A stretch of 64,000 nucleotides of DNA, from contig NC_043005.1 of assembly GCF_006345805.1 (NCBI RefSeq), forward strand, positions 91,822,001 through 91,886,000, written 5' to 3'. The notes below the pieces were generated by a model. That model saw only the letters and a program-made list of their open reading frames with translations, made no database searches and was not told the DNA's origin. Positions within the stretch are counted from its first letter, which is position 1; every line of letters begins with the position of its first letter. This document shows positions 25,444 through 37,874 of this stretch, piece after piece. Position numbers and translations under genes: made by a program. The stretch is from Octopus sinensis. Taxonomy: Eukaryota.

Positions 25444-25656
25444 CTCTTTAGCATTTAAACTGTCCATATCTGGCCCAAATATTCTATTTCTTCAAACCAA
25501 CCAAATCTGGCCTCTTACACCTTCTCTACAATGTTATTTGAAAAATAACCAATCACATCATTGAAATATTGAAGCTATGAGTTGATGCATAATTAATTCA
25601 AACCAGTGTGAGTAAATAAACATAGCATTTGACAGAGTAATCTAAATGCTATAGGG
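25444..25656. mobile_element. piggyBac-type MITE (family 2), TTAA TSD
   Basis: TTAA|CTCTTTAGCATTT...AAATGCTATAGGG|TTAA; related truncated copy at 39141-39375. Confidence 0.85.
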
Positions 25657-25755
25657 TTAAGCTCTAATCCATACTAGGAACGAATGACTTAGTGGCAGAG
25701 TATTGGAGTAAGTGGAAATTGATGAGCTTGTAGTACTGAAATTGAATCTTGCATA

Positions 25756-26225
25756 ATTACATGGAAAAAAGCGAGCATGAAAAGTCATATTCTTAAGATT
25801 ATAAACATGGAAAAGTACAGGACAAGTTATTACACCTGTAAAAATATAGGAAAAAACTATTACTTCTAGTAAAGTAAAGAATAAGAAACTTTTTACTTGA
25901 AATATTGCAGCGAAGAATGCCATTTCTTCTGATTTATCACTCTTTACAGTTCTCATCTTTTAAATTTATTGTACAAAACTGTTCAGCTAATTTGTAAGTT
26001 TGTCTAATTAATCACTTTTTTCTGTATTTAAGGTAGTAAATTAGCCAAATTCTACTTAAAATAAGTATAGTGTTATTTGTAAGATATAATAAAATAAGTT
26101 TTAATATTAAAATTTTAATTTTAGCTTGTCCAGTACTTTTACAGGTATTAATAACTTGTCCTGTACTTTTCCATGTTTATAATCTTAAGAATATGACTTT
26201 TCATGCTAGCATTTTTCCATGTAAT
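25756..26225. repeat. Inverted repeat, 88/89-bp arms at about 95% identity
   Basis: 25756-25843 versus 26137-26225. Confidence 0.9.
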
Positions 26226-26389
26226 CCATGATTTTTCCAGGCATTGCTGTTATAAGATAATTAATAATGTGTCAGTTAATAATTTAAGATTTTACCTTAT
26301 AAAATACTGAAAGATAATATTTCAATTTTTCCATGTAAGTGATGATAAGATTCCAATTTTTTCGTGTTTAATTTAAATATATGTGATTG

Positions 26390-27030
26390 AATTATTTGAT
26401 ATTACCCATCCGCACCAAATTAATGGCAGGGATTTTTACCACGTTGTTGGTTTGCACCATGGCTCATCAAAAGTTACAAACAACAAGACCACAAAACCAT
26501 CAGTTACCAGGCTCAACTTAAGTACCCTAATTTTGCAATATTAGGCGGTTACAGGAATTCATTCAACGAAAAAAAAATTCCAATGATTCTGGGATTGGAG
26601 GCGGGGAAGAATCCCCTCTCCTCCCACTTCATTTTTTCCAAATCAGGGTTTGGAAAGTAAAAGGTTTTGCAGCATATTAGGAGGGTAGGATACTTGATTC
26701 CATGCAAAAAATTAAATTTTTTTTCTTAGTGAAAATCGTGTGGGTGTTAATTTAGAAATTGTCCATAATAGCCTCAAATCAACCCTGATACTGCAAACCT
26801 ATCATCAAAGACATTCCAGCCTTCAGCAAACCGTCTTTTAGGGATAATCTAGGACATTACATATAATGAGCATGTGATTTAGGTAGGGGGATACTTTAGC
26901 TGCTATTTTTAGCGTGTTGAGCGACCAGGTAGAGGCTCTTTCATTGGTTCGATTGCGTGATAAAATTTTTTTACACATATATGTAATATGTATATATATC
27001 ATCGGCAGAAGTTAGAGAGTAAGTCAAAAG
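26390..27030 (+). promoter_or_regulatory. CpG-retaining, promoter-like segment with possible first-exon donor
   Basis: More than a dozen CpGs in a CpG-poor background, GAGGCGGGG and ATTGG motifs, AGA|GTAAGT near 27020. Confidence 0.25.
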
Positions 27031-27224
27031 CTGAGAGTTTCGTGTATTGGCACTTATCAAACACGAATTTGTCCATTGTCACTCTGTAACTTCTGATGAA
27101 ATAACTTCTAAAATACAAAATTTTGTCAAAAACGTTAAGAGTAAACCTTGTTCTATGTAACACATTCTACCAGTATCAGAAGTTTGAAAGTGTTTAGTGA
27201 AAAAAGATTAAATAATCTGTACAT

Positions 27225-27422
27225 CTAATTGAATAGATCCAAAATGGATGAAATGCAAAGTCGACCTTGGCAGAATTTGAACTCAGAACGTAAAGACAGA
27301 CGAAATACAGCTTCTAACAAAGTCGACTTCAGCAAAATTTGAACTCAAAAACATAAGGACAGATGAAATACAGCTTAGCATTTCATCCAGCATGCTAACA
27401 TTTCTGCCAGCTCACCGCCTTA
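27225..27422 (-). mobile_element. Family-A SINE with internal tandem duplication of about 60 bp
   Basis: aaagtcgac..atttgaactca..acag..gaaatacagctt occurs twice. Confidence 0.8.
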
Positions 27423-28888
27423 GAAAGTAAACATTGATTTAAGAAATATATTCCTTATTCTTATAGCTGAAGCATTACTCCCTTACTCACTGACTGGAAA
27501 TTTCATAACATTTTACCTCATAACTCTTTTTCTACTAATTTTTGTTCAATACGACTAGCGATTCTGAATTCCTCACGCATTTTTCTATCATTTAAGCTTA
27601 AGAAAGGTATACTTTTAGTTTAAAATTTAAAAAATTTATTTTAATTGAAGATGAATATCTGCCCTACTGCCCCCCTGAGTTCGCAGATATTTTGATGTGA
27701 TTTTTTTTTCTACTGAACCAAATCTCAAACTATTTATGCCAAAGTGTCCTCTTTAAAACTATTAACAGTTTACAATTTAGTTGAGAACTGAATTAGTGGT
27801 GAAGCTTGGAAGCTGCTGCGATTGACAAAATGGTGGACTTAAGAATATATTCAACCAATACCGTGGTTGAATGATTAATAATGGATGAAAGATGGAAATA
27901 GATTTTGATAAAACCTTGATAGTGTGTATCTACATCACATTAACCTTATTGTTTTTCTTTGAACATTGTATTAGACATTTCATTGCAAGTAATTTTAAAG
28001 TTATTTTTTATCCATTTATTTAATTTTTCATTACGTTTGTCTAGAAAGTTGTAATATGATAGTTTACAGTTATATACCAAACTTTTATTGCAGACAATAC
28101 AAAAACATTTGAATAAAATCTTGTGCTATTCCAGTTCAGAATGAAAGTGTTTCTTTTCCATAATCATATGATGTGTTCTAAAGGTTCCATGAACCAATGC
28201 TACATCTTTGTAATTGACTATGATTTATATTTTATTTGTATGTAATAATTCTAGTGATTTTTCTCTATAGTTTATCACATCTCTGAATACATATAATAAA
28301 TATTAGCATAGTTAATAACTATAATGCTTGTATATGTTCAATTGCCAAGTGTGTATATTACTATAATGTGATAAATCATATTATAAATCTCAAACAGTTT
28401 ATGACATCAAATGTACAATCTTTCTTCTCTAGAATTAATTTCTGTTGATCTTATTACTTGATCACATATTTTTACCTGTCACTAAAATAATTATGGAAAT
28501 TCTATTTTATCTTGGTCACAGTGGTTTAATACTCTCCTTTGAGTGTTGGACAAAATACTTCGCAGTATTTAGTTACTGATCTGTAGATTCTGTAGTTCAA
28601 ATTCCTGTGAGGTCAGCTATGTCTTTCATCCTTCAGATAAGACTTTTCTAACATCATGTATCTATTTTACCTGCCTCCTAGTGACTCTACTCCACTGTAA
28701 AACATATAATGGATGGGGGCCAAAGTATACTGTTAAATGTTGCCTCTTATAAATTTCTGTTGAAGTAGTAAGACATTTATGAAAAATTAAAAATGTAAAT
28801 ATATATTGTTCTAATCTAATGTTTAGTCATTGAACTGCTGTCATGCAGGGGCACTAATTTGAAGGGTTTAGTCAGACAAATTGAACCC

Positions 28889-29134
28889 TATTAACCTCAA
28901 GATTCCAAGTTCAATTCCAGGCAGTGACCTGAATAATAATAATAATATTAACATCGAAAAATACCTTTGGAATGAGAACCCAAGTTCGAAATTTCCCCAA
29001 GACACCTGATGAAGGCTGGAGGGTATATCAGTCGAAACGTTGTTGTTAACAAGTAAGATGAGGACAAATATCCGTCAAATGTAAATAATGTAAATAAAGT
29101 ACATAATTCCTCATCTCTTAAATATAGAACTGAC
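28889..29134 (+). mobile_element. 246-bp insertion: B-box-like head, (AAT)n and hammerhead-bearing tail, 9-bp TSD
   Basis: ATTGAACCC at 28880-28888 and 29135-29143; interrupts a family-B SINE; GTTCAATTCC at 28909-28918. Confidence 0.7.
29001..29047 (+). ncRNA. Minimal type-I hammerhead ribozyme motif
   Basis: GACAC-CTGATGA-A-GGCTG(gagggtatat)CAGTC-GAA-ACGT-T-GT(T)GTT; helix I has a 1-nt bulge. Confidence 0.75.
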
Positions 29135-29454
29135 ATTGAACCCAGTCTAGTATTTACTTATTCTATCATACTTTTTTTGATGAACCTCTAAGATGTTAAG
29201 TAGATATAAACAAATCAACATTGATTGTTAAATGTTGGAAGAACACAAACTCAAACATACATCTGGCTTCCATACAGTTTCTGTTTACCAAATTCACTCA
29301 CAAGATATTGCCAGCTCATATCTTGAGTAGAAGACACTTGCTCAAGGTACTGTGCTATGGGACTGAACTTAAAACCATAATCATTACAAAGCAAACGTTT
29401 TAACTTCAAATCCATACACAAAGAAAAGTTATTTTATTAATATCTTTCATTTGT

Positions 29455-29670
29455 AAAGTGGCAAGCTGGCAGAATCATTAGCACACCAGGCAAAATGCTG
29501 AGTGGCATTTCTTCCTTCTTTACATTCTGAGTTCAAATATCGTTGAGGTCGACTTTGCTTTTTATCCTTTTGGGGTCAATAAAATAAATCCCAGTTGAGC
29601 ACTGGGGTCAATGTAATTGACTTACACCCTCCCTGGAATTAATGGCCTTGTGCCAAAATTTGAAACCAAT
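29455..29670 (+). mobile_element. Family-A SINE
   Basis: agctggcagaatcattagcac..gagttcaaat..ggccttgtgccaaaatttgaaacc. Confidence 0.85.
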
Positions 29671-31494
29671 ATTTTTCATTTGTAATTTTTGTTGAAGAGG
29701 GATCCCTATGTATCTCAGAAAGATTAACGATTTGTTTCTTCTATATGTACAGTTTTTATTTTTTATACAGTAGTAATATTATTAGTTAATGTAACTTTTG
29801 TTATGAGTATTAGACTTAATCCATCATCCACTGTAATGCCACAACCTGGCCCATGTATTCCTTTAGCAGAGTTCATTCTATTGTAAGCATTCATGCTAAA
29901 TTTCAGGTCCCCTGAAAAGCTCCTCCCAGCAGTGTCTGAGGGTCAGAAAATGATCGTTTGCATTTTCTTTTCTCTCCTGTATAAGCTACATAAATAAAGA
30001 AAGAAAAACATGCATATCTTATTAATTCAAGAGAAATATTGATTCTTGAAGGACTTGAACTTACAAACATGGCATTAAGCTAGATGCTATGGAATAACTT
30101 GTTCAACTCTATATTTTCTGCATCAACTGTCCTCATTTTCAGAAAGAATAGTGAAATTTGTTTAATAAAAGAAGGTAGTCCTCCTTATGCCGAGTAAAAA
30201 TAATCAATAAAATTTTACATGTATAAATGAGACATGATGTTAGTAATGGTCATACTGTGGTGCTTTTGTTCATTTATTTATTTTGCTGCATTTATAATTG
30301 AGCTGGCAACAAGAGAAAACAAAAGTAAATATGGGTCAATCTGTTAATATTCTATTGCAGAATTGGCTCACAAAATACGTTTGAGACTTTGTTGAAATTA
30401 AAGATTACTTCTGCCCTGCCTCCATGGAATGAAATTAAAGTGACAGTGAACAGAACAAAGATATTTCATTAGCATTATATTGCTGTTATTCATGATAGAA
30501 TACATGTCGCATGAGTTGAAATAAAGTTTGGTGCTTCCGTTCTCTTAAACCTTTTCTTTCTCTCCCTTTTCATTGTGTGACAAGATTTTTCAATGGATAA
30601 ATTTTACATTGTTCTATACTTGCCATTCTTTCTAATTTTACACAGGAGGAGTCATAAGTCAAAGAAATCTTGCTTTGTATCTGTTAGATTCTTAGATTCT
30701 GGGTTGGATTTTGACATTTTCTGTATTCTTCAATTTTAGAAAGTAGAAATCTATCCTGATTTATTCCAAACGGATTACTTGAAATATTTTTTCTATTTAC
30801 CTTTGAATGTTGAAATAGAAAATGCATTTTAATTCTTCAATTGTGTTTTGAGTATGAAATAGGTTTCTTTGCTCAAGATTTCTTCTGTTTTAGAATCTCT
30901 TTTTCTGCTTCTGTTTTATGGTAGCACTAACAACATAGATCTCTGCCATTTACTTTTTAGTAAGTTGGTTGACAAAAGATTACTTCTAAATCTATACCAT
31001 AAATGGTACTATTTAATAAACAAGTTAACAAGACATTCTCTGTGTGGTCACAATCTTCTTGAAATAGTTGTCAAATATACCTCAAACTACATGCCTTCAT
31101 CTTCAAACAAAACACAATACATTCGATGATGTTGATTTAAGTTAAAATTTATCTCAAGCTTCTCGGCTCATTACGCTGGAGCTACCTAGTTTCTGAGGTG
31201 TTTAGCAATTTAATGTACAAGACTCCCTCTCTCTTGAAAAGAATGTCAGCATGCTGCTGGTTAACCTTCAGCTACTGTTGGTACTCATTTTCGGCTGAGA
31301 TAGACTGCATCAATGCAAAGTAAAGTCCTTTGATTAAGGATACAATATGTTGCCTAGAACAGGAACTGAACCCACAACCTAACAACCAGGATTTCAAGAT
31401 CCTAACCAGTAGGCCATGTACCTTCACTATATAGGAAAGTGTAGGCCAAGATAATTATGATGGAATTGTCATGATTGAAAGACATTTGAACATA

Positions 31495-32706
31495 CAGGGG
31501 TTGGACAAAATAGTGGAAACACCTTAAAATTTTAAACAAATTTATTTTAATATGGGGTAGGACAGCCTTTGGCAGTAATTACAGCTTGAATTCTATGAGG
31601 TATGGACTTGTACAAAGTTTGAATTGTTTCCAAAGGAATTTTTGTCCATTCTTCAGTTTAAAACAGTCTCCAGTTCTTGTAGTGATGATGGTGGAGGATA
31701 TTGACTCCTTACTTGTTTTTCTAAAATGCACCATGAATGTTCAATAATATTGAGACCTGGGGTCTGTGGTGGCCAGATAAGATGTTCATCTTCACTAGAA
31801 TGTTCCTCGAGCCATTCAGTAACAACTTTAGCTGTGTGAATTGGTGCATTATCATCCTGAGAGATTGCATTTCCCTCCGGAAACAGTTCCACAACCATAG
31901 GATTAATTTGATCCGATAAAATGCTCAAATAGTCTTAACTATTAATTCTGCCATGAAGGAAAACCATTGGGCTGGTGGATTTCTGGGTCAGATGCTTCTT
32001 TTGGCTGTCTCCACATGTATATTCAGCCAGTGGTCAGAAACAAGGTAAAGGATGACTTATCCGAGAAAATAACATTCTTCCACTGCTCTATGGACCAATT
32101 ATGTAGGTTTTTACTCCACTCTAAATGTTTTGCAACGTTTGTTTTTGAATGTAGTGGTTTTCTGATTGCAGCCCTCCGGTGAAATCCAGCTTTGTACAGC
32201 TCCTGGTGAACAGTTTTTGTGGAAACTGGGTTCTCGAGGTGGTCATTAAGCTCTGCAGTAATTTTGGGAGCTGTATTTTGTTTGTGATCCTTTCTAACAA
32301 TTTGTGTAAGGGTCTGACGGTCCCTATCTGAAAGTTCTGGTTTTCTTCTGGAGTTTTGTTTTGACGAGGAGATTTTTCCCTCTCTCTCAAAGGCTGTCAT
32401 TACTTTCAGGAGAGTACTTCTTGATATTCCAAACATTTCAGCTGTTTTCATTATGCTAGCACCTGCCTTATGAGCACCAACAATTTTACCTCTTTGAAAG
32501 TCCAATAGATCTGTCATTTTAATGAATTTTAATAACCTTTTTCTGATGATATCTGAAAAGAAACAACAATTTTAGCAAAACATATTAAGCAACACTAATA
32601 ATTAACCAAAAAACATAGAAATAGACAAGCTTTTGATGGTTTTATAGATATTTCAAAATTATGATGCTATGATGCTAGGTGTTTTCATTATATAGTCCAG
32701 CCCCTG
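31495..32706 (-). mobile_element. Tc1-like DNA transposon, 1212 bp, DD36E spacing (Incomer-like)
   Basis: TA|CAGGGGTTGGACAAAATAGTGGAAACACC ... GGTGTTTTCATTATATAGTCCAGCCCCTG|TA (29-bp TIRs, 5 mismatches, TA TSD). Confidence 0.95.
31547..32517 (-). pseudogene. Tc1-family transposase pseudogene
   Basis: HTH N-terminus, WKNVIFSD, QDDNAPIH, WPPQTPGLNIIEH. Disrupted by a stop at 32023, an internal deletion removing the expected TVKHGGG segment, and a frameshift near 31653. Confidence 0.92.
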
Positions 32707-33091
32707 TACATCTACTCATGCAAGTTTGATCAGGTAGAGGTGGGGGCTAGGTATACCACTGCTGCTGCTGTTGCATACAAAAGTTATCTGTTTAGCATTA
32801 AAACCTTCCTATCCAATCTGCATGCCAGAGACAGTGTTATTTGTTCAAACTAGCAATCACCAATATTGCTGACACGTTACCATTAGTAGCTGGAAAATCA
32901 CCAAACCTCATAAGCTGTTTCATCATTTCATCACTTTTATATGAATATATCAATACATGATATAAATACTAATTTATCAATATAAAAGTCTTAATAAAGT
33001 TGTTCAAGACCCACAAAAGCTTAGGATGCCTTTCTGGTAGTGTGTGCTTGTATATGGGAAGTTTAATTTAGAATAACCTGTTGCTTATTAA

Positions 33092-33310
33092 CCCTTTCGT
33101 TACCAACCCGGCTGAAACCAGCTCTGGCTCTGAGTACAAATGTCTTATTTTCATAAGTTTTGAATTAAAATCTTCCACCAAACTTTAGTCAGAATTTATG
33201 TTCCTAACACTAGCTTAAGGATAACTAAGTTATTTTACTAAATTCTTAGTTATATTTAAAATAATTGAAAAAACACTGAGCATCTCAAAATAAATACGGT
33301 AACGAAAGGG
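33092..33310 (+). mobile_element. piggyBac-type MITE (family 1), TTAA TSD
   Basis: TTAA|CCCTTTCGTTACC...GGTAACGAAAGGG|TTAA. Confidence 0.92.
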
Positions 33311-34657
33311 TTAAGCCTTTATAAACAACTTATAGTTAAAATCACTTATCTGTCTGGATCTAACATCTAGGAGAATCAAGAGATATTTGAACCCAGCATT
33401 GTAAACTTGCAAACCAGTTATTCACCTATGATGCAGCCTTCATGTGGACACTAAAAATAGTAGTCAAATCTCTCTCTTGGGCCACACTTTGACATTTATT
33501 AAAAGAACTGAAGAACATATTGGGATACTGTAGTCCGAGATGACCTATACCTGAAGAGATGGGATGTCATAGCTTGAATGCTTTTGATTGTATGTCTGCT
33601 TTCTCAGGTTCACCTGAAACTGAACTCAACCAACAAATTACTTACCTTTTTCAGTTATGCCACTAACTGCAATGGTTAACTTTATTTTTTCCTACTCTGC
33701 AGTATATATAGTTAAAACCAGGTGGAATAGGTTATTAGAGGGCCAAGGGTCTTGGCCATTGACACAATGCAGTGCAAGCATAAGTATATTATTTGCTGAC
33801 TCTTCTTCGATTGTCGAATCTTATTTGTGTTTTCATTAACACAACTGAGCTTTTTCTGATCATTATATCTACCATCTATAATTAGTAGACTAAATTACCC
33901 AATATTTACACATTGCTGCAAAATCCCAAATATCATATTTACATTTATATTTTTATCTGCCTATTATTTAACAAGAATTATACTTTGAATTCTAAATCTG
34001 ACTAATAGATTATAACTTATAATAATTATTATGTATTGCATCGAAATGCTAACTAAATATATGAAAGAGAATGAGATATTACCCTTAGAAAGAAAAAAAA
34101 AACCAAAATAAGGATATCACAAGATGTCAGCTTGCCTACATATGGAACACCAGCTACAACATAGCAACACGCTATGAGTAGCAGTATTGCAGAGCCACAC
34201 TGCATTAGCATGAGAACGCAGAACATAGTATTCTTCATGATTTGCTGATAACAGAGAAACAAAGATTATGCTTTGATTCCCCCCACCCCCACCTTCAATA
34301 TTTCAAAGATGTGGTAATGTTTTCTCTAGTTTTATTCTGAACATTCTACTATGGTACTCAGGGGAAAATATAACAATTTTTACATTTTGCTGTTAAATTT
34401 TAAGATATATTCATTAAAATAATATGTCAATTTAGACTTGTTTGCTTACAAAAGCAATTATCATCATCATCGTCATCACGAGGAGGATGGTGGATTAGCA
34501 AAATTGTTAGAGTATTGGGAAAAATGCCTTGCAGTATTTCCTTTGACTGTTTTTAGAGCTGAATTCAAATTCTGCTGAAGCCGACTTTGCCTTTCATCCC
34601 TCTTGACTTGATAAAATAATGCACTGGGGAAGGACAGGGATTAATGGTATTGATTAA

Positions 34658-34888
34658 GGTGGTGAGCTGGCAGAATCATTAGCACGCCGGGCGAAATGCG
34701 TAGCCGTATTTCGTCTGCCGTTACGTTCTGAGTTCAAATTCCGCCAAGGTCGACTTTGCCTTTCATCCTTTTGGGGTCAATAAATTAACTACTAGTTACA
34801 CACTGGGGTCGATATAATCGACTTAATCCATTTGTCTGTCCTTGTTTGTCCTCTCTGTGTTTAGCCCCTTGTGGGTAGTAAAGAAATA
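34658..34888 (+). mobile_element. Young full-length family-A SINE, 12-bp TSD, nested in an older related SINE
   Basis: GGTATTGATTAA at 34646-34657 and 34889-34900; CpGs retained. Confidence 0.93.
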
Positions 34889-34962
34889 GGTATTGATTAA
34901 CCTTTCCTCTCAAAATTACTAGTCTTGTACCTAAATCAGAAACCCAAATTATTATTATTATT

Positions 34963-35520
34963 GAGTGAGAGAGCAGTGCATGCCATCAAAGTGACACTGG
35001 GGTAAAATATACGAAGCCCGGTATACCCATCATGACTACCCGTCTGATAAGGGTACACTAGGCACATGCATCACAACCATATGTGCATGACATGGTGATC
35101 TCATATCAAGATAAACAGCACATGACCTTGCAGGTGGGGCCCAGTTAGAGTTTTCTTTTGGTCGAATAGCCCATCCCGCTCAAAAGGTCCTTGAATAAGG
35201 GTTGATTAAGGATGTTGAACGAACCACCCACGTTTCCAGAGGTGAATTATTCAAGCCCAAAAGAATCCTTCTCAACACATGGCTATGATGCTGCCCCACT
35301 ACTTCTGCTCGTGATAAGAGATGCACATATCGTCAGCCACTAAGGGACATACTCAACTGGTTACAGTCAGACAACTGACAAGCAAATCTGTGGTATTGAG
35401 CGGAATATTTGTTGTAGCCCATCTTTTATACCAAGACAAAACAATGTACATGATAACACCTCCAATCAGTTAAGATAAGAAGCCATGAGAGCCACTGTCT
35501 GGTATTGCATCAGGGCATTT
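34963..35520 (-). mobile_element. Non-coding interspersed repeat D with (AAT)n tail
   Basis: Near-identical partial copy at 36497-36770; both abut (ATT)n runs. Confidence 0.75.
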
Positions 35521-35546
35521 ATTATTGTTATTATTATTATTATTAT

Positions 35547-36300
35547 TCACTAGTCTTATTTCACTGCACTACCAAGTGCAGCTCTGTTTGCCTTGGGTAT
35601 GTGCTGTAGTTTGTTGTGATGCTCTTATTTTTACTGTATTGAAAGTGTTTTATGCAGGATGTGTACGGTGCCCAGCAGTGCTATTTTCTGTATGTTATAT
35701 ATATTTGTAAGTCTTGGTGTTTTTGTTATGTATTTGTCTGAATATTTTTTATCATATCTAATGCGCCCACAATGATAAGAATTGTTTCTGTTTTTAGATT
35801 CTACATTTGGGTTACCTCTATTTCCAGGTCTTTGTATTTTGAAAGTTTCTCCATTTCTTTTAGAGAAATTTTGTCATCTGTTGATATTGATATATCATTT
35901 AGAAAGCATTTTTTTCTTGATGATCTCTGATGACTATATCTGGCCTATTTGGCCTTAATTTCTCTGTGTGTATTGGCATATCCCATTGTATTGTTGCTTT
36001 CTTGTTTTCTGTGACCTTTTCTGGTGCATTTTGCTCATCATTATACATTCCTACAGTCTGGGTTTGTTGTCTTTCGTTGTTTACTTCGCTTTTGTTGGAA
36101 ATGTTACATCTATCTTCGTGTTTTACAATCCCAGTGCTTATGATATTATTTGGCATTGCTGTGTGGTTACTATCGACATTTTCCCTATGTATTTTTCCTT
36201 TTCAGTTTTCTATTTTTATCTCTGATATTTTTTGGTTTTGAGAATATATCTTCATATGTTAGCTAGTTTATTAGGGTTCATTACTGTATCCAAGTCTTTA
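35547..36300 (-). mobile_element. Dong/R4-clade (restriction-like endonuclease) LINE 3' fragment
   Basis: ENKKATIQWDMPIHT..PNRPDIVIRD..KKCFLNDISI..EKLSKYKDLEIEV..IIVGAL (PD..D..K endonuclease motifs), frameshifted; (AAT)n tail. Confidence 0.85.
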
Positions 36301-36496
36301 TCTAGGTTATTTTTCTTTCAGATTTTATATATGTGGTGGTATTTTCTTTCTTTGGGTAGAGCACTGCTGTAAAATATGTGTGTAGCATTGAAATATATTC
36401 CTCACATGTCCGTTTATGCTTTTTTGATTTTATTTGCGGGACACGAGGAGTAGCGTCCGGCCCTTTGTTATCATTATTATTATTATCATTATTATT

Positions 36497-36770
36497 GAGT
36501 GAGAGAGCAGTGCATGCCATCAAAGTGACACTGGGGTAAAATATACGAAGCCCAGTATACCTATCATGACTACCCGTCTGATAAGGGTACACCAGGCACA
36601 TGCATCACAACCATATGTGCGTGGCATGTGATCTCGTATCAAGATAAACAGCGCATGACCTTGCAAGTGGGGCCCAGTTAGAATTTTCTTCTGGTCGAGT
36701 AGCCCATCCCGCTCAAAAGGTCCCTGAATAAGGATTGTTTAAGGATGTTGAACTAAGCACCCATGTTTCC
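36497..36770 (-). mobile_element. 5'-truncated copy of repeat D
   Basis: Aligns with the first about 290 bp of 34963-35520. Confidence 0.8.
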
Positions 36771-37235
36771 AAATTTCTAATTGGCTGGAAGTGGGATATT
36801 GTATAAATTTTATTTCAGGTACAACCTATTTAAAAGCTGCTTCCATTTTCTGTTTTGTTACAATTGTTGTTCTCATTGTCTTCAGTGGTTTTGTTTCTCA
36901 TTGTTTATCATGTTGTTCCTTAGACGATGGTCACTACCACAAATCTGTAAGGATCTTGGCAATTGAGATTCGTGCAACTGAACTTGACAAACACATTGAG
37001 TAGAAGGGAGTTCTACATTGTAGAAGTTCTTGGACTGAAAGACTGCATGTACTATAGGAGTTTAAGAAGAAAAAAATATGAGAAACAAAGAAATATTAGT
37101 TATAAGATGCTGGGAACTGGATACAATAAAGCGGACTGAGTAGAAATTGGGTATAGTTTGAAAGTTTTGTAAAGGGCAGTTTTTGATACAAAAGAATTTA
37201 CTATGAGGAAAGTGTATTGACAATTTAGAGAATAA

Positions 37236-37447
37236 AATGGTGAGCTGTCAGAATCATTAGTATGCCGGGCAGAATGTTTAGTGGCATTTCATCTGTCTTC
37301 AAATTTTGAGTTCAAATTCTGCCAAGGTCAACTTTGTTTTTCATTCTTTTGGGGGTCAATAAAATAAGTACCAGTCAAATACTGGGGTTAATATGATCAA
37401 CTTAATCCTTCAAAACTGTTGGCCTTGTGCCAAAATTTGAAATCAAT
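37236..37447 (+). mobile_element. Family-A SINE
   Basis: ggtgagctgtcagaatcattag..gagttcaaattc. Confidence 0.8.
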
Positions 37448-37874
37448 TTAGAGAATAGATTTTGCAATATTAGAAACTAGTAGAATCTGACTGCAGATGG
37501 AACTTTCCATCAATGTTTTTATAAGGTTTATCTCAGGTAAAACATATGTAGCTGCACCAAAGAAACTATTTATATAGATGGGTTTAATGAAATTGATTTA
37601 TTTGGTATTACACCATTGGAATCGAGGTATTTAAATTTAGTAATGATGTAGCAGACATATCGTTTGTTTCCATAACCTCTACCTCTCTTTCCAATGTCTG
37701 CTTTTCCTCTCAGTGTCACTATATTTCAGGTATCAAATTCCAACTCTAATCGCTGATTTTTAAACCATATCTATTATGCTTAAAATCGAAAATATATATT
37801 TACATTTTGTCTGATTTGAAACTTTCACTATTTGAGCTGTTTACGCACTTCACGTTTTTTTTATAAACATTACA

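Noticed and set aside
35280-35350. Possible HDV-like ribozyme inside repeat D
   Set aside because: Could not build P1/P3/L3 by hand; left as a computational check.
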